NCBI GenBank assembly: GCA_951406725.2
Contig: OX597814.1
Coordinates: forward strand, 85,374,001 to 85,438,000
Length of the DNA: 64,000 nucleotides
DNA from: Octopus vulgaris
Lineage: Eukaryota
Direction: 5' to 3'
Position 1 is the stretch's first letter; each line of letters opens with the position of its first letter. The notes below the pieces were generated by a model that was not told the DNA's origin, did not search any database, and saw only the letters and a program-made list of their open reading frames with translations. Made by a program: the position numbers and the translations under genes. Below are positions 41,328 to 54,733 of the stretch, piece by piece.

Positions 41328-41780
41328 CAGTGGTTCTGAACTGAGGTCCATATCAAATTCTGTTGTTAAAAATTTATAAATGCATAGCAGAACTTCTGGC
41401 GCTTTATGTTCCGAGTTCAAATTCTGCCAAGATCAACTTTGCCTCTCAGCCTTTCCAGGGTTCATGAAATAAGTAACAGTCAAGCACTGTGGTCAATGTA
41501 ATCAACTAGACACTCTCTCAAAATTTCAGGTCTTATTCTTGTAGCAGAAAGAAATATTACCAGAAAATAAGGCAGCAAATAAGCAGACCTGTTAGCACAT
41601 TGTTCAAAATACTTAGCAATATTCTGACTCTTTACATCTTCTTTTATACAATTCCTAATAATATTTAATTATAAAAATACAGCAGGATTTTTTTAATATA
41701 CATCAAATGGCTATGGAGGTCAAGTAGAATGAAATAGGAATCAAAGGGGTCCATAGGCAAAAAATGGTTGAGGATCACAG
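41328..41780. mobile_element. hAT (Charlie-like) non-autonomous element with nested SINE pieces
   Basis: TIRs cagtggttctgaac / gttgaggatcacag and TSD ctttagat / ctttaaat. Family C SINE inside at ~41385-41640. Confidence 0.75.
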
Positions 41781-41834
41781 CTTTAAATGATGCTTTCAAT
41801 TATATATATATTTTTTTTTTTACCTCAGGTATTG

Positions 41835-42105
41835 AGGGCATGTGGCTTAGTGGCTAGGGTTTTGCACTTATGAGTGCAAGATCATGGTTTTGATTCCCAG
41901 ACCAGGTAGTGCATTATGTTTTGACATCTAATATATGGCACACTGTGCACCTCTACAGGTAATGTTGAGATTTGATGGAGGGAGTGAGCAAATGTGCAGC
42001 ACAAACACTTGCTCACTATAAACAAATCATCTGTGCAGATTGCTCAGCAAAAATTTTCAGAACTCTCATAAAACCTCATCTGTTGTTTACAACAAGAGTC
42101 CATCA
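41835..42105 (+). mobile_element. Family B-type SINE
   Basis: gagggcatgtggcttagtggctaggg...ggttttgattcccagacc tRNA-like head. Confidence 0.75.
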
Positions 42106-44209
42106 GGTATCTAGTGTTATTCAATGTGTCATTCTATTTTTAAGACATTAAAATGTCATTGGAAGAAGACTTGACTGATATTTCTTGTAAGGTGAGTGAC
42201 AATACAGATGCTCTCACTCTCTCTCTCTCTTTCTTTCTTTCTCTTATTGGTCCACAAAGGGAATGCCATAAAAATCCATGTATAATATGCATCTTGATTT
42301 TGGGGCTTAAACTGGCTAAAAAAATTCCCCAAAACATAACACTATGCATGATGGCTTAGCTAGTCAAAACTTCAAAGTCACTGTCAACAGATTAATAAAT
42401 TTGTGCTCCATAAAAGTATAGTGTAACCCATCAGATTAATGTAAAAGTGTTTTCATTATAACAGAATATAAAAACAAACATTAATCCATTAGCATTTAAA
42501 TCAGCCATATCCAACCAAAATTTTCTATTTGTTTTAGGTTCAAACTGGCCAAATCCAGGCTCTCATAACACTCTACAATGTTATTCTACATTAAACGATC
42601 ACACCACCGAAATCTCAAGGATATGAGATAATGCATGATTAATTTAAAACAATGTAAATCAATAATCATTACATTTGATAGAATAACCTGAACACTAAAG
42701 GGTTAATATATATATATATATATATATCATGTATGTTTGTATGTATGTCTATGTATGTGTATATATGTATGCGTATGTATGCATGTATGTATGTATGTAT
42801 GTATGTATGTATGTATGTATGTATGTGTATGTGTGTGTGACTTTCTGTGTGTCTTAACTGGTGTTGGTATTACTTCCGTGAAAGAGACTAATACTATAAG
42901 TACCAGACTTAGAAACAAATAAGTGTTGAGGTCGATTTGATTGACTAAAACCACACAAGTAAAAGATAAATTACACAAATACCATGTATTATATATATTT
43001 TAAATTTTAATCTTGATTTTTGTGAGAGAGAAAAATACGTACAGTACATGGAGTTTTATGGTAATTACATTAGCAAGTAACGTAAATAGCAATTGCATGC
43101 ATTGCAGACCTATTCAACCCAGAGTATCTTTTACTAGATTGTATTGCTGATAGAGCTGATGATGATAACCTCTTGGTAGTGGTGGGGTGTTAAAGTACTT
43201 GTAATGGACATGATGGGAACATATTACCATCTCTCATACAAAACAGGTCCCCTGTGCCTAGTAAAAAAAAAATCAATATCTAATTAACAGAGTACATATG
43301 TGTGCACTTCTGTTGGATATAATTTCTAATTTCATTGTAAACAGACAGAAATTAACAAGGTTTTTCCAACTGAAATTCACCTCTAAATTTACAGCAAAAC
43401 CTGGGGAATAATTGCTAGAATTGCTAGTTTTGTCCAAAATTACATCTAACAATGTCAAATATATTGTTTTCCTGGCCTCTTCTGCTGTTTCTTCTTCTAG
43501 TATTGTTGAGAATTTTATTTTATTTTCATTTCTGGTTTAACCTTCTTTCCTGAACCAGAAGGATGGAAAACATTAGTAATTGCAATAACAGTCCCAAAGA
43601 TTAAAGGTTCCAGATGGTTAAGTAAGCAAGCCATCAAATTAAGCAACTCATTATTTGCTAATTCTTTAGTTTTTCTCTTTTTCAAAATTTGTTTAGCATT
43701 GTTGTTTGTTTGTTTGTCTTTCGCAGTAAGTTAACCTTCTTCACTCAGCTTTTTAACTTTCTGCTTCGTTCTTCACCTAATCTACTCAATTTTTGATATT
43801 TCTGAAATGCATGAGGAATGGAGTGGGTTTATGGTGTGGCTGTTGAAATACTAAAATTGTTGCATTACAACGGCACTAGATCAGAGAAATCTCATGAGTC
43901 AGGTCAAATATGATGAAAACTGTAACCATAGTAATCATGCTAAATTATTCCAGTATAGATTGTTGCAAAGACAAGACAGTTTCCATTTTATTTTGCTGAT
44001 ATAGGGAAAAATGAGTTTTTAAAACTGATAATAATAACTACTGTCATATAACAAAGCCTGTGCCTAGTAACTTATAAGTATAGCAGTTGTAGTCTTTGGT
44101 TCTAAAATTGTTACTGTTTAGTCCTTTTCAAGTTGATTTATAATTGCAGACCATCCTTCCTTGATCAGCACCAATCACAATGAACTACATTATCCAATCT
44201 TTTACCTTT

Positions 44210-44587
44210 TGTCTTTCACTTGTTTCAGATATTAGACTATGGCCAGGCTGGAGCACTGCCCTGAAGAATTTTCATTGAATGAATTACCCTTTAGTACCTA
44301 TTTTTTTCTTTTTAAGTCAGGTACTTATTCTATCGGTCTCTTTAGCTGGACTGCTAAGTTATGGGGATGTAAATACACCAACACCAGTTGTTAAGAGGAG
44401 GTAGAGAACAAACACAGACACAAACACACACACACATGATGAGCTTCTTTTAGTTTCCATCAACCAAATTCACCCACAAAGCTTTGGTCAGCCTGCGACT
44501 CTAGTAGAAGGCACTTGCTCAAGGTGCCATGTAGTGGGACTGAACCCAGAACCATGTGGTTGGGAAGCAAACTTCTTACCTGCACCT
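44210..44587 (-). mobile_element. Family A SINE
   Basis: Reverse-strand match including tail and head. Confidence 0.85.
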
Positions 44588-44874
44588 TTAGTGTGCCCTC
44601 CATAATTTTTTAAGGTGGCAGGGTTTTGATTTGAGGGAGATTTCATAGCAATTTCTAGTAAAGTGAGTGATTACATGTAGACTCTCATGTCACCATCGAT
44701 ATCAATCATAATCATCATCATCATTTAGCATCTGTTGTCCATGCTGGTATGAGTTGGATGGTGTGACCAGGGCTGGCATGCTGGCAGTGGGGTTGTATCA
44801 GACTCCAGTCTTATTTGGTGTGGTTTCTATGGCTGGATGCCCTTTCTAACACTAGCCACTTTGCAGAATGTGCT

Positions 44875-45075
44875 GGGAGCTTTTACATAGCACCACACTG
44901 GTACTTTTTTATGACACCACACAGGCATTTTCATGTGGCCCTGCATGGATGCTTTTACATGATGCCACACAGGTGCTTTTACATGACACCACATGGATGT
45001 TTTTATGTGTTGTTGGATGAGTGCTTTTACATGAGACCGCATGAGTGCTTTTATGTAGCACCGCCACAAGTGCTT
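44875..45075. repeat. ~21-bp minisatellite (ggtgcttttacatgacaccac-like) inside a SINE
   Basis: About nine diverged copies; explains the periodic ORFs at 44815-45078. Confidence 0.9.
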
Positions 45076-45834
45076 TAGAAATGAAATATCTGAAGTTACA
45101 GGATTCTATACAAAGTCATTATTATTTCATCTATAAGCGATTAAATTACAGGGGTTTAATTTCAAACATAACATTGCAGTGTAATGTTAACTGTTTCTAT
45201 ACTATTTTAAAGAATAATAGAGTCTGTAGCATCATTTCTCACAAACTAACTTTGGTATTTATTGAATCCTTCAGATCACATCCAACACCTGTTTCTCCAC
45301 ATAATTCTTCCAATTCACAGTATTTCCCATTAGTCATATTTCTCCTTCTGATCATAGTTTCAACATCATTTTAACACACTAAAGTGAGTAAGATGAGTTT
45401 CTTCTTCTTGCATCACCCTGCCCCACTACCTAATTTCAACCATTTTCATTGTAAATCATTTCTTCTTTGAGGCAATTCATCCTCAGATTTGTCTTCTAAT
45501 GTCTTGGCATGCTTCTATCCTAAGAGCACTCCATCATAAACTTCAATACACTCACACAACACATCATTCATTCACATTATATATGTCATGCACACATTGG
45601 CTGATGTCTGTGATATGACACAAATGTCAACCATTATCATTTCATGTGTAACTTGTGTACAATCAACATTTTACAACCAGTTTGTCTTAAGGCTTCTTTA
45701 GTCTATTTGTTGTTTCCCTGTCATCCTAAAACACATTTTGCTGCCAAACACACAACCATTTCCATTGAATAGCTCTCCTGTTGTGGTTTCCAGTCTTGAA
45801 TTCAGTGGCCATACTTCTAATAGAAATATCTTAC

Positions 45835-45962
45835 CTTCCAGTTCACCAATTGGTTGACTAATGTTGACTTTCCAGCATTAGGGACACCAATTATTCCAAA
45901 CCGAAGTATTTTAGCATCATCTGGTTGATCTGGTGGAAGTAAAAATCGTTCTTGCTGTTCTT
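45835..45962 (-). CDS. ERAL1: Era-like GTPase (ERAL1) internal coding exon with G1/P-loop
   Basis: 128-nt exon bounded by ctctctttatacttgcAG and GTaaga on the minus strand. Encodes (x)EQQERFLLPPDQPDDAKILRFGIIGVPNAGKSTLVNQLVNWK, with the Era-type GxPNxGKSTL motif. Ends in phase 0. Confidence 0.93.
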
Positions 45963-47839
45963 CTGCAAGTATAAAGAGAGGATAGCCACTAATAACATGC
46001 TTTACTTTATAATGAAGGAAAACGTTTACGTAAACAGGGAAAGGACACACTTGACTGAATCAAACCCATAATGTTATACTGAGTCATGACGGATTAACCT
46101 TTTAGTGCTCATATTACTCTATCAAATGTAGCACTTATTCACATTATTTTGAATCAATCATGCACTAGCTTGTAGTGTTGAGATTTTGATGATGTGATTG
46201 TTTATTGTACGAATGAAATTGTAGAGTAGACATGACATACCAGATCTGGCCAGTTTGAACATAAAACAAGTGGAATATTTGGACTGAAAATAGCCAGTTT
46301 AAATGCTAGCAGAGTTTCAAGTTGGTAGTGGTACAGATACTATAAAGTTTCTGACCAGGCAGAATCATTAGCACACTGGACAAAATGCCTAGCAGTATTT
46401 TATCTGCCTTTGTATTCTGAGTTCAAATTCAGCTGAGGACATCTTTACCGTTAATCCTTTCAAGATTAATAAAACAAGTACTAGTTGAGCACTGGGGTCG
46501 ATGTAATTAACTATCCCCCTGCCTGACAAATTTCAGGCCAATTTCAGTGGAATGCCTCTGAGTAGAGTGATTTGGACTCCATATCAAAGCTTGTCTGATG
46601 CATTTCACATTTTCTGGGATCCATACCATTCGTGGCACCCCCACCGGTCTCCTATTCATTAGTGTAGCTCGTGTATGAAGTGCTTTCACTCAACATAAAA
46701 TTGAATTATGGGTGGCAACAGCCTGATTTCAGTGAATATTGAAGTGGTGCCAAAATTAACACTGAACTGCTGTGACACACTCATTATTCTTCACATAACT
46801 GTCATAGGCAAACATATGATGCTCTGTTGTCCACAGCACCATGGCTTCACCTGAAAAGAAAAAAAATGCCAAGACACCATGGAACAAATGGTACCTGTTG
46901 GACATATGTCCCTCTCACTGAGACTGAGTGGCAGCCATTTCAAAAACGTCTGTCCTCTCTGCCCCACCCTGTATCAGGATACTTTCTTTCCTGCCTCTCA
47001 CTAGTGAAGGAGACCCAGTAAAGGGTCATGGGCATAGCTTTCCCTCCTGACTGAAATATTAGAAGTAAAAGAACATGATTGTAGTAAACCTATCCAACCC
47101 ATGAAAAGATGAAGAAAATTGGTGTTGTAATGAATATAACAATGTTATCTTGAAAGGAATGTGTTTAGAGAAAACAAATATATTTTAATTCATAACACCA
47201 TCTCCTCTTGCCTCCTCCTCCTGTTCATACCGAATAAATCTATCATTAATCACAAATATAATTTAGATAAAAAATTAAAACAAAAAGCAAGACTAAACTA
47301 GAATAGAAAAGTTTTTAAAAAACCCAATTAAGTGATACAAAAATATATACCAAAAAATATTTTTAAAAAAATGTAATAATTTGAGGGAAAATAGAATTAT
47401 AATCAATTGCAAAGGAAAAAAAGAACAGCCTTGCATGTGGATGGTATCACAGTGGTATTAAGATGGTATCAAAGTTGGCAATCATTAGGACTGGTTGTAT
47501 ATGGCAAAGAAGGAGTGTAAGAAGGGTGGATAAGTTAGTTAAATGCAGCAAGGAATTAGGAAAGTCACACACACACACACACACACAAACAAACATACAA
47601 ACAAACATACAAACAATGAAGTAATGGATTTATTTGTTTCTTTCGTTGCTATAAACATCTAAAAAGTTCAACAGACTGTTTTTGTTATATCTCTTATTAA
47701 CATCTCTCGAGATGTTAAAAGGAGATATAAGGGAGACAGACTGCTTCACTCTTAGACCTCACTAATCACTACCACATACTGTAACAACAACAACAACTGC
47801 CACCACCAGCATAACACTAACCATTTCCATACATGTCAT

Positions 47840-48075
47840 AAGGCTGAGAAAAGCTAACTGTTAAAATATTAGTTGCTCTCTGACAGGTTTATAGTTGAGC
47901 CAGTGGCAGTGGAGGCCTTTGGCATTCTTGGGCCCCAGGACCATATCCCAGCTCACCACTATTGGGGCTGGAAATGGTTATCTGCAAGTGCAAGCTCCAT
48001 GAATCAGAGTGGCTGTTCCAGTGCATCTCCCTCACCATTCTCTGTGGCAACACCTTTTCCATTTTGTTTGCTGAG
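47840..48075 (+). mobile_element. CRE-like non-LTR retrotransposon C-terminal (RLE) fragment
   Basis: Frameshifted AE..K..KY*LLSDRFIVEPVAVEAFGILGP...ESEWLFQCISLTILCGNTFSIL matches the F.P.A.E..G..GP...L.QRIS.A..RGN motif of CRE-clade elements. Confidence 0.7.
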
Positions 48076-48613
48076 ACCATGAGATGGTCTGAATCACAGG
48101 AAATCAAGAGAATGTAAGAGTTTTGTAGTTTACAATTAATAGTTGGTCACTATACTGTTACATTTAACGTAGTCTTTTCTACAAAACCCTCTATCACCTT
48201 TGAGTTTGGTAGCAAAGGTGATAGAGCGGTTTGAAGAGAAGTTGCTGTTCTATATTGATGTTTTCCTATTAAAATCTCCATTGTTTGATGAACTACTGAA
48301 ATTATTGAAGGAAAACAAAAAGCGAATAAACTAAGAATTTTTAAATAATTGCAGAAAACAATCATTTTTTTCCCCCCCGTTTTGTTTCTACTTCTTTTCT
48401 TTAAGTTCTAAGATGACCCGTATATTTGTACATGGCTGCCTTCACCTCGGTCACAACTACTAACACTACAACCACCTAGCATCACACTTCCCCAACCTCC
48501 AACAACAGCTTCACAAATTAAAAGTACTATGTCCCATCCTCTAAGCAGCTGTTGTTGATGTTAAACTGCAAGACAATCCCGATTAAACAAATGTATGTTC
48601 AAAGACATTTCAT

Positions 48614-49240
48614 AAGTGACTATCATAATTTTTCACTGTGTTGACCAGACTATTGGATGTTGTTACATACTGCCAGTCACAATGCACTTCTTTTGAATAA
48701 TGTCACCCTGATGGCTAGGTGGGCAGGCTAAAATTGTCCCTGAATGGGATGCTAGTCTATTGCAGGGTTACCCATTTGCAGCTCAGTTGACTAGAGCAAT
48801 ATGAAAAGAAGCTTTTTGATTAAAATTACAAGACAAAGTCAGCCTGGGAATCGAAACCATGATCTGGCAATTATGAGTACAATACCCTAACCACTAGGCC
48901 ATGTGCCTTTATAAGTGACTGTCATTATTTTTTACTATATTGACCAACCTATAGGACATTGTTATACACCACTGATCACAATGCACTTCTTCACATTGTT
49001 GTAGCTTCTGAATTATGCCACCCTGATGGTTAGGTGGCAGACCAAAACTGCCCCTGATTGGAATGCCAGTCCATTGCAGAGCTTACCCACTTACAACTGA
49101 GTGGACTCGAGCAATATGAAATGAAGTGTTTTGCTCAAAAATACAACACACAATCAGTCTGGGAATTGAAATCATGATCTTGCAATTATGAGTACAACAT
49201 CTTTGCCACTAGGCAATGTGTTTTTACAAGTGACTATCAT
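48614..49240 (-). mobile_element. Tandem pair of family B SINEs sharing three TSD copies
   Basis: aagtgact(a/g)tcat at 48614, 48913 and 49228. Confidence 0.85.
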
Positions 49241-49789
49241 GTGTTTTTTTCCCTATGTGCAGTGACCTCTGAACTGCATTACCCAGTGTGTCCTATTGTT
49301 AAGATGGAGGATATGATTTGAGGGATATTGATTGCTATTTCTAGCAGATCAAGTGAGAATGTCGAGGCTCTCGCATTGATTCGATGTCTAAGCTGTGTTT
49401 CCATGAGGTATAAACAAATTAAACGACAAAAGCAACAACAACAACAGAGACAGTAACACCATATCTGATTCAGTGAGTGAGTGAATGATATGTGTACAAA
49501 GTTATGCGACCAACTAATCAAATCATGTGATAACAGCAGTGACTGGAAGTCAAAACTGAGTTGATTAAGAAATTGAAATTATAATTAATAATAATAGCAA
49601 TAACAATTTGCTGGATTAAAAAAAAAAATTCCTCAAATAAATTATATAGAAATTGATTATTAGTTGTTATTTTAAATAAAATACTAATAGAAAAACAAAA
49701 TTCATTTACAAAAACTTAAATACAAATTAAAACATTGTTGTTCACAAAATTTACAAAATAAAAACTAAATAATTATTGTTATATCATTA

Positions 49790-50060
49790 TCAAAATTATT
49801 ATTATCATCATCATCATTATTATTATTATTATTATTATCATTAACATCATCATTATTATCATTAACATCATCATCATCATTATCATTAACATCATCATCA
49901 TCCTCATTATCATCATCATCATTAACATTATCATTAACATCATTATTATTATTATTATTATTATTAGTAGTAGTAGTAGTAGTTTTAGTAGTAGTAGTTT
50001 TAGTAGTCAGAAGTAGTAGTATCATATCACCATCATCATCATAATTATCATTATCAGCTG
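49790..50060. repeat. (ATT)/(ATC)/(AGT) compound trinucleotide repeat
   Basis: Directly visible. Confidence 0.95.
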
Positions 50061-50144
50061 TATTATAATTATATTTATAACTGCAAATTTTTTGAGTTTT
50101 TAATGAAAGTTTTCTTTTTGCTGTTTTTGCTTTTGCTTTTTTTT

Positions 50145-50358
50145 TGCTTTTCCAGTTTCAGCTCTTGAGCTGTGGCCATGCTGGGGCACCGCCATTGTGG
50201 TGAAAGAGTGCAGCAGGGATCACCACCCCCTGCCAGAGCCTCGTAGAGCTTTTAGGTGTTTTCGCTCAATAAACACACACAATGCCCAGTCTGAGAATCG
50301 AAACCTCGATCCTGCGACCGCGAGTCCGCTGCCCTAACCACTAGGCCATTGCGCCTCT
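50145..50358 (-). mobile_element. Young tRNA-derived SINE
   Basis: Reverse head gaggcgcaatggcctagtggttagggcagcggactcgcggtcgcaggatcgaggtttcgattctc, with A and B boxes and intact CpGs. Confidence 0.85.
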
Positions 50359-50755
50359 GTTTATATTACTTCTATATTTATGTTTTCCTATTAAAATCCT
50401 CATCATTTGATGAACTATTGAAATTATGGAAGAAAAACAAAAATAAAACAAATAAACTAAGAATTTTTAAATAATCGCAGAAAACAATCATTTTCTTTTT
50501 TTTTCTTCTTTTTGTTTCTATTTCTTTTCTTTGAGTTCTAAGAATATTATTAAGCTAATTCATCTTCCAGAAGTTTCTCAATTAATAAACAGAAAGGAAT
50601 GTATAATGCGCACGACCAGTTAACATCTGATAACATTTATACTCACACACTTCAAATATTTCCAATAAAGCTGCTAGTGCAGTGAAATGAACACACAAAC
50701 ATTTGTTTGTTACAGAGTTCTCTGTGCTTGATAACATAACAAGAGCTTGCTTTAA

Positions 50756-50974
50756 CCCTTTTGTTACCAACCTGGCTGAAACTGGCTCTGGCTCTGAGTA
50801 CAAAAATCTTGTTATCATAAGTTTTGAATTAAAATCTTCAACCAAACCTTAGTCACAATTTATGTTCCTAACACTACCTGAATGATAACTAAGTTACTTT
50901 ACTAAATTCTTTGTTATATATAAAGTAATTGAAAGAACACAGAGCATCTCAAAATAAATACAGTAACGAAAGGG
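50756..50974 (+). mobile_element. TTAA-type MITE (family E), intact
   Basis: TTAA|cccttttgttac...gtaacgaaaggg|TTAA. Confidence 0.9.
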
Positions 50975-51929
50975 TTAATTACTGTTTTTGCCAGTATATA
51001 AGACACACTTCTATTTTACAAGTACATTTTGTGGAAAAAAATCAAAACAAATTTAGTATGTGTTATCATACATTTACTGAAAGATATCTAGCATTTAAAC
51101 CAACTATGTCCAGCCCAAATATTCTATCTGTAATAAACAGTCACACCACTGAAATCTCAAAGCTATGAGATAATTTATGATTAATTCAAAACAATGTGAA
51201 TGCATAAGCATTGCATTTGGCAGAATAATCTGAATGCTAAACGGTTAAAGTGGATTTTTTAGGGGAAAATGTATGATTCTGTGTATGTAAATGCAATGTT
51301 GTGACAGTACACTGGAATAAAGTATAAAACCATAAATTTGTCATAAATAAACTGCAGTGTGTGAATACTGCATTTCAACTTTATCTTCTTTCAGAACTGT
51401 ATAGTTATTAATATTTTGCCATACAAGGTATAAGACTCATATTTTTGGCTGTAATAATCTGTGTTACTGTGAATCACTGCTATGGGTTTTTTTTTTTTTT
51501 TTGTCATCTGTTCATGCAAATAGCTGAGAAGCAGATGGAAGTTTAACAAAGGAGAATTTTTATTTAGACAATCAAAAAAATGGTTCTTAAAGGTAACACG
51601 GTCATTAAACAATGTAAGACATATATTAGGTGTGGGTTATATATGTTGAGAAAAGAGGTATAATAAGATGATGTGACCTCCCCAACATAACAGTCAACAT
51701 ACAATAAGTAATTTTTTGAAAGTTTAAGCTAAAAGCCTGTGATATTTAGGCTTGTTTTCAACATTTTTTTGTATTAGAAACAATTATTGTACTTAGCAGA
51801 CTTATGCTCATCTGGTTACCTAGCCTATGACACTCAGCCTCCCATCTATAATTTGGCTGCATTAGACACAGGGCAATTTTTTATTTAATTCAAAAATAAA
51901 GAAAAGTATGTCCTCTTTCTTGTTAACTC

Positions 51930-52385
51930 TCTCTCTCCCTCTCTCACTCTGGCCAGGTAATCATGTACCTCCATAACAGCAGGACACCTATTTCTATCTC
52001 TAGCACACTCTAACCTTTCCTCATCTGACACAAGATCACCTCCTCCAATGTCCCCTCCCATCTCAAAGTTTACCTGTCTTGAAAGTGACTTGGTGACCCT
52101 GCCAGTGCTGGTGCCATATAAAAAGCATCCTGTCCACATTGGCATTTGGAAGGGTATCCAGCTGTAAAATCCATGCCCAAAACTGACCTCGCCTGTGCTA
52201 GTGCTATGTAAAATGTACTCAGTCTACTCTGTGGAGTGATTGGTGTCAGGAAGGGTATCCAACCATAAAAACCATGCCAAAACAGACACAGAAGTCTGGT
52301 GCAGTCTTCTGCCTGGTCAGCTTCTGTCAAATAGTCCAAACCATGCTAACATGGAAGAATAGAAGATGGACATATGATAATGATG
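51930..52385 (+). mobile_element. SINE/non-autonomous element with a duplicated RTE-associated module and a (GAT)n tail
   Basis: ggaagggtatcca...aaa.ccatgcc occurs twice; ends catgctaacatggaa...atgataatgatgat. Confidence 0.75.
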
Positions 52386-54733
52386 ATTCATGGTTGTGGT
52401 TGTATCATCCTACTCATGTCATGAAAGCAACTAGGGTAAAGTATAAACTTCACAACTTTACACTTCTCTAAAACGTTTCATACAGATTAAGGCCCTCATT
52501 AGTCAGAACTGACCATGTATTTGTATCAGGAAAGTTCTAAAGAGTACAAATCTGACCCAGGTTTATATTTTTAATGGAAGACCAACAATTACCTATGCAG
52601 TAAGCCTCTTAATCCCTCTGTCTAGTACAGCTTGGCACCAGTGTTACAAATGAATTCAGAACTTTAAAAAAATCCAAAACAAACTTTGAAATATTTTGTT
52701 CCACTACTGACAATTCGACCAATCTGCTTCCCCAACTTGGAAAGATGAGAGCAAAGTTGGCTTTAGTGAGATTTTAACTCAAAGCATAAATAGCTAGAAA
52801 ATATCACAAATAATTTGTCTAGCATTCTAATAATGCTACCAATTAAGTGCTTCTATACAGATCATTATCATTATCATCACAATGAAATCATCTTCCCTAT
52901 TACTTTAAACAAACATACTTAACCATGTGTGTGTGTGAGAGAGAGTGTGTGTGTGAATGTATATCATTGCTACTGTAATTTAACATCCACTCTCCATTCT
53001 TGCATGAGTCATATAGAATTTGTTGAGGCAGATTTTCTATGGCCAGAAACTCTGTCACCATCCCTCAGCTGTTTCCAAGCAAGGTAATATTTTCCTAGCC
53101 AAAAACATATTCTCATAGAAGACTGGAAACAGGCAACATTGTTTACATGATGGTGATGGGAGAGATGAGGAAAGCAGTAATTTGGGTGAACAAATTAGTT
53201 AAGAGATAAGCCTATTATTGTTATTCTCCTGAATTTATTTTGCCATCTTGTCCTTTAGTTTGCCTGCAATTGTTACTCTTGAGCTGAGTATGCAACTATT
53301 TATTTTTTTGCTCAAGAGTTCAAGTGGAGGGTAAAGTTAGACTCAGGTCCAGGTCTAAGAGGGTTAAGAATGCATATGATGATTATCATCATCATCATCA
53401 TTATTACAATGAACATGAGCATTCTCCTCTAATTCTAAAAAAATATTAAGACGATGATAATGCAACTGCTATTGAACAAAATAACTTTTAAAACACGTGC
53501 ACACGCACATGTGTATATAATCCTGAGTGTGTGAGTGTGCAAGTGTGCATGTGCGTAATTCATCAATCTATTTTTCCAATTCCACTGACAACACAAGACC
53601 AATTCTTTCTTATTTCAATTTAAGCAACATCTTAATCTACATTTATTTATCTATTTATTGTCTTGTTTTGTTTTCTTTTCTGAATTCCACTCTTAGTTTC
53701 ACTGTCATACATTTTAGTTTGATCTGTGACAAAAGTTAGGAATTGTTTTTACAACTTGGTCCAAGAGAGTGTCTAGACAAAGAGCTAAGAGGTGTGGAAT
53801 TCAGTAAAATTATTTCTGTTTTACTCATTGAAGTAATTAGTGATTTCAAAAGACATAATTTATGAGAATAAGTCATCTGGACAGTTGGAATGACTGTGAT
53901 ACAGCAGCAATTATTTAGAGGAGGTTAAAAGACAATACACAAGCACTAATACAAAGAATATATAAGCTGGTTTGTGGACACAAGATTGAAAAAGTTTTCT
54001 TTGACAGATGAAGAAATAAAGATTTTGTGAATGTCTTAAAAAAGAAAAAAAAAAACAAACAACAAAAAATAAATGAGAAGTAGCATAAAAAGGAAAACTT
54101 GGCATAATTAAGAGAAGTGAGTTTTAAAGAACATAAGGTTAGAGAAGAATTGGCCTGAATTTACCATTCTGTATTTCTGTGATTAATTATTGCAAGAGAA
54201 CATTATTCTGTTTTGATCTATACCTTGCTTCTTCAATCAGTTAATGTTCTTTTCCCAAATTGGTATACTTTGTCTATAACATTGTATACAAGTGTGCCAA
54301 ACAACATTTAAAGAAGAATTTCTGAAATATTGCTGAGTTGGGTAGGGAAGGAAAAAAAAAAAAAGAAAATGAAACATCTAACATGTTTTATGCAAATTCA
54401 GCCAGTATTTTTGGGCAGTAATCCACAATATTCCTAGAATTTAGCTCGTGACTCATTACCCCTACCACACTTTGTAGTTGCTTCTGTTTATATTCCAACA
54501 CGAGTATTATTTATTAGTTAGACAGTCATTCCTTCATTATTAGAAAAATTTTAATTAAAAAAAAAAGTCATATATGCAAAGTGGTGCTGGAGTCAAATAA
54601 AATTTCTGAAATCCTGTGTGTCACATAAGTTTTTAATATTCTGGTTTCTTTGATTAAGGTATTCAACATGCATTCATGTTCTTTCCCAGTTTGTCTCCTT
54701 CTTCACTAAATTTCCTCAAGTATGTTCATAATA

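Larger units (their letters stand above)
48248..50543 (+). repeat. ~170-bp direct repeat pair (48248-48413 and 50370-50543)
   Basis: ttctatatt.atgttttcctattaaaat...aataaactaagaatttttaaataat.gcagaaaacaatcatttt...gttctaaga in both copies. Confidence 0.9.

Noticed and set aside
44875-45075. Regularly spaced short repeats suggestive of a CRISPR array (also 10030-10230)
   Set aside because: Contiguous minisatellite units without unique spacers, eukaryotic context, no cas genes.
50280-50358. tRNA-like sequence
   Set aside because: It is a SINE head continuing into SINE body and tail; no proper acceptor stem, so not called a tRNA gene.
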